Source: Catajapyx aquilonaris
Lineage: Eukaryota
Length of the DNA stretch: 20,000 bases
Assembly: GCA_000934665.2 (NCBI GenBank)
Contig: JYFJ02001796.1
Coordinates: forward strand, 49,237-69,236
Reading direction: 5' to 3'
Part shown: piece after piece, positions 11,265 through 20,000 of the stretch
Position numbering within the stretch: the first letter of the stretch is position 1
How the letters are laid out: every line of letters begins with the position of its first letter
Program-made: the position numbers and the translations under genes
The notes under the pieces: model-generated
Told to the model about the DNA's origin: nothing
What the model saw: only the letters and a program-made list of their open reading frames with translations
The model's database searches: none

Positions 11265-12648
11265 AAAATAGGTAATTTTCTCATGTGGGGCTCTAGCTGT
11301 TTCAAGTTATAACGAGATTTTTGTAGTTCAGCCGTGCCTACTTTGTCAGGCTTAATCGCAATTTAAAGTTGCATGCTGCTGCCATCACGTTAAAGTTTTT
11401 ATTAGCAGCAGGTCTTTTGTGGAATACTTGCGCCGTTATTTTCCCATGATCCAACTAACCTCCAGCACCGGGGTGGTCTGTGGGTATTGTATTCAAATTA
11501 GATTTTGGCAAAAGCTGCCCGGGCAGGGATCAAACGTCGAGCACTGCCTCCAAGCAAATGACTTATGACACAATGCGGCACCGGAGCAGGTTATTTAACC
11601 GAATCGGACCGTGTCCGGCAAATGTTGACTCGACCTCTCCTTGTGTTAATTCGCCAGCTTCCAGTTCGTTTACCCGCTCGCCAACACAAGGAGATTGTCT
11701 GTCCTCCCCGAGTTTAAATTATGCAATTCAGTTAGGTTATATAAGCTCATCTCAGCGAGACACCTTCCATTGCATTTGCAATTATCTCCGCATCTAGCTT
11801 TGCGCCGGGCTTGAGAAATGAGCCAGCCCATGCCGGCAAGTAGACAGTGTTGTTCATCGCACAATTTGCATGCGCCTATTTTATTTTATTTTGCCGAATG
11901 CCGATTCGGCGGAACCTACTTGCCAGATATTGCAATGCGGCTGCAGCACAAGAGGAAGGGGGGAAAAAACATATCTGCTGCGCCTCCAAAACTGGTTATT
12001 TCCTCCATTCGCCTGGCCTTTTGCGAGAGCCACCAATACTTTATGGGGGTAATATTTCACCGGGCGTATGCGCTCAAATTTATGTTAATAGTCTGGTGTA
12101 CATCTTGGGGGGAGACCGCCTGCTTGTTTCCATCCGGCTCTAATGAAGCCCTTATTCCTTTTCCATCCATCCAGCCGATTCCGGGGTAGTGGATCCGGGG
12201 GCTCATTGTGAGTGACGTTCAAGTACCTGGACTGGCCTATCGATACTTAAATCCGGCGGTAAAACGGAAGTGTAAAGTGGAAATAGCTGAAGGATATGAG
12301 GTTTGCAGTAGGCAGGCAGCCACGGGGGGTCCCAGGCTCCGAGACTATATTATTTCAACCATGCTTTGCTTTGCCAACCCTATATACCCGGACCTATACC
12401 CGGGCGTAAACTGGAGAAGATGCGATGCTCAAAATTCTCTCTTCTCCCTAACCCCAGTTTGCATTCGAAGGGGGGGCATCGTAAAGCCCAACCCCTCATA
12501 TTGAAGGGGGGGCGTTATGGAAAACTTTAATGCAAATAACGCCCACTGTGATGAGCTATGATCTCCAACGACTCAAGATAATTGCATTCTTGCCGGCTGA
12601 TGTGAGACAGACCTGAGGAGCTGAGGATTGTCATAATATTTATCGTGT

Positions 12649-12674
12649 GGGGAGGGGGATGGGAGGGAGGGGGG
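12649..12674 (+). other. Canonical G-quadruplex-forming motif
   Basis: GGGG-A-GGGGG-AT-GGG-A-GGG-A-GGGGGG: five G>=3 runs with 1-2 nt loops. Folding is inferred from the G3+N1-7 rule. Confidence 0.7.
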
Positions 12675-13060
12675 CTGTGCAGCAGCAGACATGATGATTC
12701 TTGGGGGCCTCCGGAACTGCAGCAGCAGCCTCCCTTTTAATTACAAGCCAGAGGAGGAAACTTTGGCCGTGATGAACACACTTTCTTTCGCTTCATATAC
12801 CGCACTCGCCGGTGATTAATGCGGCTCATACTTTTGGACCAAACATGGCCGCATCCGCCCAAACCCCATCTACCGGTTGGAGTTTAGAAGAGTTGTGAGG
12901 TTGAGACTTTTACACATGATTGCATGGAAAAGTAGGCAAAGGACGATCCGAATTATCTTTCTAGGTAGGCGACCCACTTCATGCCATCAGTGGAGCCCCC
13001 AATCTTCTCCAATAAATTAGGTGGAAAATGAGCAAAATCGTCTAGAAATTGCGAGAGCGA

Positions 13061-13073
13061 GTGTGTGTGTGTG
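13061..13073. repeat. (GT)6 microsatellite
   Basis: Read directly from the sequence. Confidence 0.85.
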
Positions 13074-16000
13074 GTGTGACTGCTGGGCCTGAACCCTCGC
13101 AATAAGTGGAGTGTGGCCCTATCTGCACCGCATCTTATCTAGAGTTGTCGCCAAAAAAGGTCCATTAGGGGGAGCAGGAGCACTTTTGCAATGACCCACT
13201 TGAATTCAGTAAGCTTAAATAATGCTGAAAAAGGGCCTTATCAGCATCATCTGGAAGGGTAGAGGGCAAATGAGGCCAAACCCAACACGCAGGCCTCATT
13301 AAGATGTCAGGCAGTGGGGGTTTGAGTCGCTTCCAATGCTGGTGCCGTATATAGTTTGGCAGCAGCAAGAGGAGGGATTCCTTCCATCTTGAAATTAGAA
13401 CAATTACGCGGCTAAATGTGATGAGCAAACCCACCAAGCCTTCTGTCATCTGTGCTACCTCCCGTAACAAAGCAGGTCTTGTTCCCTGGGACTGAATTTA
13501 ATATCGACCTTTGCAACCGCCGCCCTACTTCGCAATGGCTCCACTTGACGGTCGCTTTTGCCAGGAATGTGTTTGCCTATTAACTTCATCGTAAAGGGGA
13601 GGGGCCCTTAAAAAGAAACGGACCATTAAGCGCCTTTTGGCCAAACAACGCGAATTACTTCATAATTACTGTCCACAGTATAAACCAACAAGCGTATAAA
13701 AAAAATTGCACCGGAGCAGGCCTTTCGATTAAATATGAGTTATAAATCTTCGATACGAGCCACAGTTCCCAATTAACGGTTCTCACTCGCATAATGGCAT
13801 AGCCTCATTATTTCAAGATGTTTATGATGCCTAGGAAGCCGATAAAACCCCTGCCGGTTATAAATATTCGGGGCCATAGGCGACGTGCTGTGTGTTGGCC
13901 CACACAACAGTATCTTGCAGCTTCATGAGCGTGTTAGTCACCAAATGGGACAATGTGAACAAATGCGAGTCTAGCCTAGTGTAAATCGCGGTTATTTAAG
14001 ATATCATCTGGCGCATTCAGCGCTCGGGACACTAATGTCTCTTTCGGATAAAACCGAACGCATGCTCGGTTCATATGCTGTGTGCACTGTGTATATTTTT
14101 TCCCCTGGCTCTCTCTAATCTGCCCAAGTGCTGCTCAAAACCGCTCTTTCCCATTCCCGAAATTGGCCCAAGAGCCCGGGATGCAATGCTGAGAAGCTGC
14201 TGCATTTAAATATCGATGCTCCAGCCGGCATATTAATCGGGCCCAAAGACCTTGCAAACATTAGGCCCAGCATCTGATTTCCCTAATTGTCATTTAATCA
14301 CGTCTTCATGGGACGGGATTATAGCAAATGAGTATTGATGTCGCTAACAAATAAACTCATTTCGAGGGACCGCAAATCCAGGGGATCAGTACAGGCGGGG
14401 GGAGAATATGGGCATGTTTTTCCACAGTTGATTGGTCGGTTAGTTAGCCAGGGGTGTAGGTAGTAGAGAGTAGGAAAAAGATGGAGCCGAGTTAACAAGA
14501 AAACCCGTCCAAACAACGTTGGGTCAACGTTCGTGCCGAGCCAAACCACGCTGACAGGCAAAAGTCAGCAGCCAAAAAGCGCTATTAAAGAGGGAAAATT
14601 ATTCCCCCCCTCCTCTGATAATTGACTTTTGGCACAGGTGAGGTAGGAACCAGCTCATCCTTCACTCAACAGGGGGCGGCAGCGGGTGAAATCACGATTC
14701 CCAAGCCCTACATGCGCTGGCTTAAAAAAAACCTGCGTGATGAGCATGGTGATCACGACCGGTGACAAGATGAGCCCATCAGTGTCTCCAAACGACAATG
14801 TAGATCTTGCCTTTTGCCACGTCGAGTTAGCCACGACGACTATATGCAGTCGGTCGATCCAGAGCACAGTGGTGTTGACCCAGGGCAGTGTTATCTGGAC
14901 TTATATTAATTGAGGGTCATGCCGATAATGTTTTTCTCGATTCTTAGGCATCAGGTTCTGGATTGTTGGAGGCGCTGAAAAGTAAAGTGAGGGTCCTTTG
15001 GCGTTAGGGACCAGCCATCATCCCTCAGTGTCAGGCCAAATCCGAGTGGAACATCAAACGCCGTTTCATGTTAATGGGGTCAATTTGTTTGGGGTACCCT
15101 TCCGGCTCCAGACTATCTTATCGTCAGAAAGAATTCTTTTCCTCCCCCTGAGAGACCTTGCTGGCCCTAGCTTGCGATTCTCCTGCACAGAGCTCTGGAA
15201 CACTAATAAAAGTTGGCCCTTCTCGACGGCTGAGAAAATATAGAAAAAACTGAGATGTGGAAAATAAACAGAACTTTTAGTCACGGTTCCAATATACGAT
15301 CTGCACTTTTTTTTTGAGGGATCAAAACTTCTTTTTTTTTGCTCGCGTTGTTGCATACAAAGACTTCTCTTATAAATAATTTATTATTGGTCGACTTCCA
15401 CTTGGACCAGACATCCGTCTCTTTGGATTGAATTACATTCTCCCGTTTATCTCTGTAATACAAATGAAGACCTTTTGAACTACTGGCGGTATTGGCTCTA
15501 CTTCACCCAAGTTGTAAAACAGCCTGCAGTACTGTTTCCTGCACTGTATACTGCATATATAGCATATAAAAGGGCGGATCAGAGTGTTTCGACCTAGCTT
15601 GTGGCTGCCAGTTAAAATGAATCGAACACGCTACCTAATGAGAGCTGATGACAGGAGGTGTTGAGCAAAGTGGAGGAAGTTGAGGAACTGGGTCAAACGC
15701 TGAATATCATGATAATTTTATTGATTGCATAAATGCACATGAACCAGTGGTGCTATCAATAATGTTTAAGAAATAGGAGTTGGCAGGCCATCCTCAACCT
15801 TCTGGACAGCGCCTGGAGGACCTTGGCAATGTAAATTTTTCATAGAGTTGTGTGCCAGATTCCCCTTGACAAGCCCGCTGAAACGGGCCATGAAAAATGC
15901 GAGCAAGGTCCATTCCGAGATTTGTTGGGAGAATCCTAATAAGGGACGCCGGTTTATAATGCCCATGCTGGGAAGAGAGTAAGGGCTGTGCTGCTGAGGC

Positions 16001-18286
16001 TGCAAAAGGGAGGAGACGAGGAGCTCATTTTCGAAGCTAATTACACCTAATGTGGACTTCCGACACTGTGTGATCAGTACAGATGAAGCTCTTAGCAGCA
16101 CTCACTCCCTGTAGGTGCTGCATGCAAGATGTGATGTATACGCTGCTGCTTCAGAGCACAGCATCCCGCGAGGAGCAATTTGTTTGGGGAAGGTTTTATC
16201 AGGCGAGGCGGGGCAGGAGACATTGTTCGGCGTTTTCTTTGCCTCGAGGTTTTCCACATTTTAACCCAACTACTTTCCGAGGCGTCAAGAACAAAAAGGG
16301 AGTTCTTATTACATCAGTCACAATTCTGCTCGTTTGCTTCCAGACAAAATCCATCTTTGTGACAGACTTCAAATGCTCTCCCTTTTTTTCTCTCTCTTCC
16401 ACTTTCTCTCTTCTCTTTCTCGAAAAGGGTATGGTTTCAATACTTGCATATATCCGGGGGCCTATGAAAAGCTTCATTTATAAGTGATTGCCATCCTGAG
16501 ACTCAAACCGTCTCGTGAATCCATAGTAATTGAGATTTTCATTATCCTAATTGCACTCCTTCTCGGCTCCAGCATTTTGCGGTGTGGAGGGGGATGATTC
16601 ATTTTTCTCGACTTTCACAGACACCAAAGTAATAAAGGATAATTTTCGTAGCATTGATGTGCTCAGATTCGGCTAAATTAATGAATATCTCGATGAATTA
16701 GGAGAATATTGCAGGAAAATGGCCGTTTTTATTAACTCGAAGTATACGAATTTTGAGAATGAAATGATTCTACGTTGTTTCTTGTAATGATAGACCGTTC
16801 TTGCCCTATACCTGTAGTATAATGCTCATGGATAGGTTTCTGTTTACATTTAACCGCATTCAACAAAATGTTCTGCACCTTGGATATAGATACATTATCC
16901 TATGCGATCTGTGTGGTCTGCTTGGTTATGTCTTTGGAAGAACTAGAAGGGTCACATTCTGTGGGTACAAGACGACGATGGTTTGTCATATAATATATTC
17001 TCCGGAAGACTGGTTGTTGGGATGTGCCAGGATGAATGTAATATTGTGCACAAATTCACAACTGTATCAATTTATAATGCCAGCAGTATATGCTGGAAAC
17101 ATGAAGCTACAAGGAACGCCAGGGGAGGTGATGGCGAAATGGGGGCGACATTTCACGCTTTACCCTCCGAGCGAAAACAGGTTTTTTTTTCTCTCCTCCC
17201 ATGTTGTTTTTGTGTACTTGTAAACAACGGTGGAGCATTAAGTAATTATTTATAAAGTACAAGTCGTAACAAGCTACGGTTGGTAGTGGGGACGGCCCAC
17301 GGTTTCGCGGTGATTACTTCACGTTAAAACCAACAAGTCACGTTAATCCCGACGCTGAATATTCTGTGCAGCATTCATAAAGCGCGAACCAATTACTTTC
17401 CATTGTCCAGAATGAATTACTGTCAATTTTATCTCTAGCTGTAACAACTGTTTATCAAGCGATACAGACTGATGATTATGAACGCCAAAAACAATAACAA
17501 AATTAACGCTAACGGGACGGGGTGGGCCAAACGCGGTTTTGCTGCAAAACGATTGGCAGATTAGTAGGCAAAATTGGAACTTACAACAGGCGGGGGATAT
17601 TGCAGCTCTCTTCTTTTGTATGCATGTGATGAACTTGGGCCATAATTTTATGATCACATATACACCAATTCTTTTGTGTCGTCCCTTTGAGAACTTTGGG
17701 GCTGCAAAACTGCATATTGTGGGGGATTTGTTGCTGCCGGCCCAAAATAACAGGATAAAGGGCCGGGCTGGCAGCGTCCAAATTGTTTGATGAGGAAGTA
17801 TTCAGAACCCTGTCATTGAAAATTATGAATATATACCGGCCAGCATTACCGAAGTTTGCCACATCACATCCCTGTGTTTCAGAATTTGCCTCACAGCCCT
17901 ATCGGCGCATGCGTCAGGTTCTCGCCAAATAGCGGATAGCAGAACCAAAGTCGTACTCCCCACATCTTCCCCCCTCAGGGAGACAACAGGGCCAATAAAT
18001 AACAATAAATAAAAATGAAATCTAATTAATTGATTAATTAATTGCCTGTACGTATCTGAGCTAGATTCTGAACCCCACGATCTATGCTGGCCCATGGCAC
18101 CCGGAGCAGAATGTTTGCCTGTCAGCCCTTGTCCATCACGTGACTTAATTACTCCTCCTAAAATCTGTCGGGTATTATTTGGGCTTCCGGCCCTCGTTCC
18201 GGTGGAGGGCCACACACGGCGTTTTACCCGCAAGGACGCGCGTGCCGCATGTTCCTCACGATTCAAACGGGGCCGGTTCCCGCCGC

Positions 18287-18323
18287 CATCATCATCATCA
18301 TCATCAACATCCATCCATCCATC
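18287..18323. repeat. Compound microsatellite (CAT)6 CAA (CATC)4
   Basis: Read directly; explains the poly-His/Ser/Asp runs in overlapping ORF translations. Confidence 0.9.
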
Positions 18324-18508
18324 CCACCCTGCCTCCTCCAGTTCCATCTTGGCCATGCACAGCACCAACACAGTCGGATATGTGTGTGCATAGGGGGCAT
18401 TAGCTAGCAGCGTCGGCGGACGTCGGGGGGCGTCCAGGGCGTCGACGCCGGCGCATGACCCATAACAAGGGTGGGGAGGGGAGGAGAGGGGAGAGACCTC
18501 CGTCGATC

Positions 18509-18538
18509 GGTGGTGGTGGTGGTGGTGGTGGTAGTGGT
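18509..18538. repeat. (GGT)8 AGT GGT microsatellite
   Basis: Read directly from the sequence. Confidence 0.95.
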
Positions 18539-18636
18539 GTAGGCAGTGCCTGAGAGATAGACGTGGTGGTGGCGGCGGAGGAGGAGGAGGTGGCAGTAAG
18601 GCAGGGGTTGAGAGACCCGGCGAAGAGAGCTACAGA

Positions 18637-18648
18637 GCTAGCTAGCTA
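18637..18648. repeat. (GCTA)3 short tetranucleotide repeat
   Basis: Read directly; the same unit occurs at 1636-1650. Confidence 0.8.
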
Positions 18649-18848
18649 AGCAGGCGGACCCTCGGCAGCTTCTGAGCCCTCGGGGGGCTCTTCTCCCAAA
18701 CCACTCTTCTTGCTTGGCCTGCCTGGTTGGCCTTCCCAACTCCCCCAGCAGTGGATGCCAACAACTACCAGGCCTAGTGTGCATGACAGTCTCGCGCGTG
18801 TGTGCACCAGTGTCTAGTGTACTCTTCTTCCTTTATCCCCTCACTGCA

Positions 18849-18864
18849 CCCACCCACCCACCCC
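18849..18864 (-). other. G-quadruplex motif GGGGTGGGTGGGTGGG on the minus strand, inside the candidate 5' UTR
   Basis: The + strand reads CCCACCCACCCACCCC: four G-runs with single-nt loops on the minus strand. Confidence 0.65.
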
Positions 18865-18987
18865 TCAAACCGTGTCAACCAAGTGAAAACCGAGTGAACT
18901 AAAAGCACTTGAAAACAGCTGACAGGTCGTGAATACATTCCGTGTTGGTGTCCGCCTCTCATTCTAAGGACTATCCTCGTGGGAAGG

Positions 18988-18996
18988 ATGAAAGAG
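18988..18996 (+). CDS. Putative first coding micro-segment M-K-E, followed by a phase-0 intron; product unknown
   Basis: aggATGaaagag|gtgagt: first ATG of the candidate leader, A at -3, directly abutting a consensus 5' splice site. No convincing in-frame second exon in 19003-20000. Confidence 0.35.
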
Positions 18997-19024
18997 GTGA
19001 GTTTTGAGAGCGTGCGTTGGCCTC

Positions 19025-19090
19025 GTGGTGGTGGTGGTGGTGGCGGCGGCGACAACAACAACAACAACAACAACAACACCAGCAGCAGCA
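19025..19090. repeat. Compound trinucleotide microsatellite (GTG)6(GCG)3(ACA)9CCA(GCA)3
   Basis: Read directly from the sequence; lies ~30 nt into the candidate first intron. Confidence 0.95.
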
Positions 19091-19900
19091 ACCGGAGCAG
19101 AAGGTTTTATTAATAGAGAGACAAGCTACTCAGCACCTTATGTAATCCGAGCTGAATTGCATAAATCTATGATGAGGGCGAAATCAGATACGCGGGTCCC
19201 GGCGGTGCATTACCTTCAATAATTCGGGCAGAGCTCCGCTATTAATTGCATCCTCAACTACGGCAATGAAAAATATACAAGCACTAAAAGGGTAGGGCTT
19301 GGAAACGCCATCCCGCACGCACTTTGCGGCACCCTCCAAATTTACGGAACGTAAAAGATAATGCAATAACTGGAGTGCACCCAAAAAAAGACTTTGGAGG
19401 TACCGGGGCCCGACGGTGCCAAGACCACCGCGGTCGGATATAATCAGCCGTGTTTACCTTGTCGTAAATCATGCGCATAAAATTGCCTGCCTGCCTTAGG
19501 TGAGAAAAACCGGAATTATCTCATAGGACCCCTGCATATATAGGACCGATGCCTGCCTGCCTGCGTGCTCCAGGGAAGGAAAGGGAAGGAAGACACGAGA
19601 CTTTATATTCGAAAAAATTGCCATTGAGCCCCGGCTCAGAAGATAGGGTCGGGACGGAGTGGACCGATGCACATTTACCCCAATACCGCCGACTTTATTG
19701 CCCTGTTTATCTGGCGGGAAGGGAGGGAAAAGCAGCGCTATCAGACGCGCAAGTCCTTCCGACTCGCTCATGTGTTCAGTTGTCGAATAGAGGTTATTGG
19801 CGTCGTATCATGCCTACTAGACTGTACGTAACGTCAGAGTTGGGGGGCACCCCCCGCCCAAAGGCCGTGCAGTATATAACGTATGTAATCAAAGGGAGAA

Positions 19901-19917
19901 GAGAGAGAGAGAGAGAG
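19901..19917. repeat. (GA)8 microsatellite
   Basis: Read directly from the sequence. Confidence 0.9.
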
Positions 19918-20000
19918 TCTGTGATGCTTTCCAGCTTCATGCGAAATGAGAATTTCGACTTTTTGCACAAAAAAGTCAGAGTGTGCCGGGCAGGCTTTAA

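Larger units (their letters stand above)
18150..18790 (+). promoter_or_regulatory. GC/CpG-rich promoter-like region upstream of the candidate first exon
   Basis: Locally high GC and CpG. Five GAGAG pentamers (18484, 18491, 18552, 18610, 18625), GCCAT at 18285 and 18352, a GRCGYC cluster at 18419-18449, a G4 motif at 18469-18491, and simple repeats. Function is inferred from motif content and position. Confidence 0.4.
18788..18996 (+). other. Candidate first exon (5' UTR plus first three codons) of a gene continuing beyond the window
   Basis: Starts near an Inr-like ACAGTC (18786-18791; arthropod Inr consensus TCAGTY). No ATG between 18788 and 18987. In-frame stop TGA at 18910-18912. Ends at a perfect donor GAG|GTGAGT (18994-19002). 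The 5' boundary is approximate and no DPE was found at +28. Confidence 0.45.

Noticed and set aside
1095..12512. Apparent + strand bias of long G runs (about 7 runs of G>=7 against 2 runs of C>=7)
   Set aside because: Counts are too small to distinguish from chance.
13269..13300. 9-bp inverted repeat AATGAGGCC/GGCCTCATT with a 14-nt loop
   Set aside because: Within chance expectation; no U-tract or other functional context.
15770..15870. Minus-strand peptide KIYIAKVLQALSRRLR, faintly like the non-LTR reverse transcriptase segment YKIIAKVLANRL
   Set aside because: The flanking RPI(S/T)L and QxGF motifs are absent and the frame has stops; too weak to call a LINE relic.
16549..16570. AATTGCACT... 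similar to the miR-92 family 5' end (also TGAAAGACAT, like miR-71, at 127-136)
   Set aside because: Only 9-10 nt match and no pre-miRNA hairpin can be formed around either site.
17823..18403. Overlapping ORFs with poly-Asp, poly-Ser and poly-His runs
   Set aside because: The runs are translations of the (CAT)n microsatellite in GC-rich DNA.

Overview
This window looks like eukaryotic, almost entirely non-coding DNA. GC is roughly mid-40s % by eye, CpG is patchy rather than uniformly depleted, and homopolymer runs and microsatellites are common. That style suggests a non-vertebrate animal such as an arthropod, but this is inference only. None of the six-frame ORFs resembles a protein family I can recognise, and I see no rRNA, tRNA, CRISPR array, intact transposon or known miRNA. 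The best-supported structure is at the right end: a GC/CpG-rich, GAGAG-rich promoter-like block (~18.15-18.79 kb), then an ATG-free ~200-nt leader, ATG-AAA-GAG and a perfect AG|GTGAGT donor at 18996/18997. This is probably the first exon of a + strand gene that continues beyond the window. The preceding ~18 kb is most simply read as a long upstream or intronic cis-regulatory region with motif clusters (POU octamers, homeodomain, Mad/Brinker-like), G-quadruplex motifs, sharp CpG boundaries and a few weak exon-like or transposon-relic signals. I found no convincing evidence of a new biological system; all findings below are modest, testable leads.
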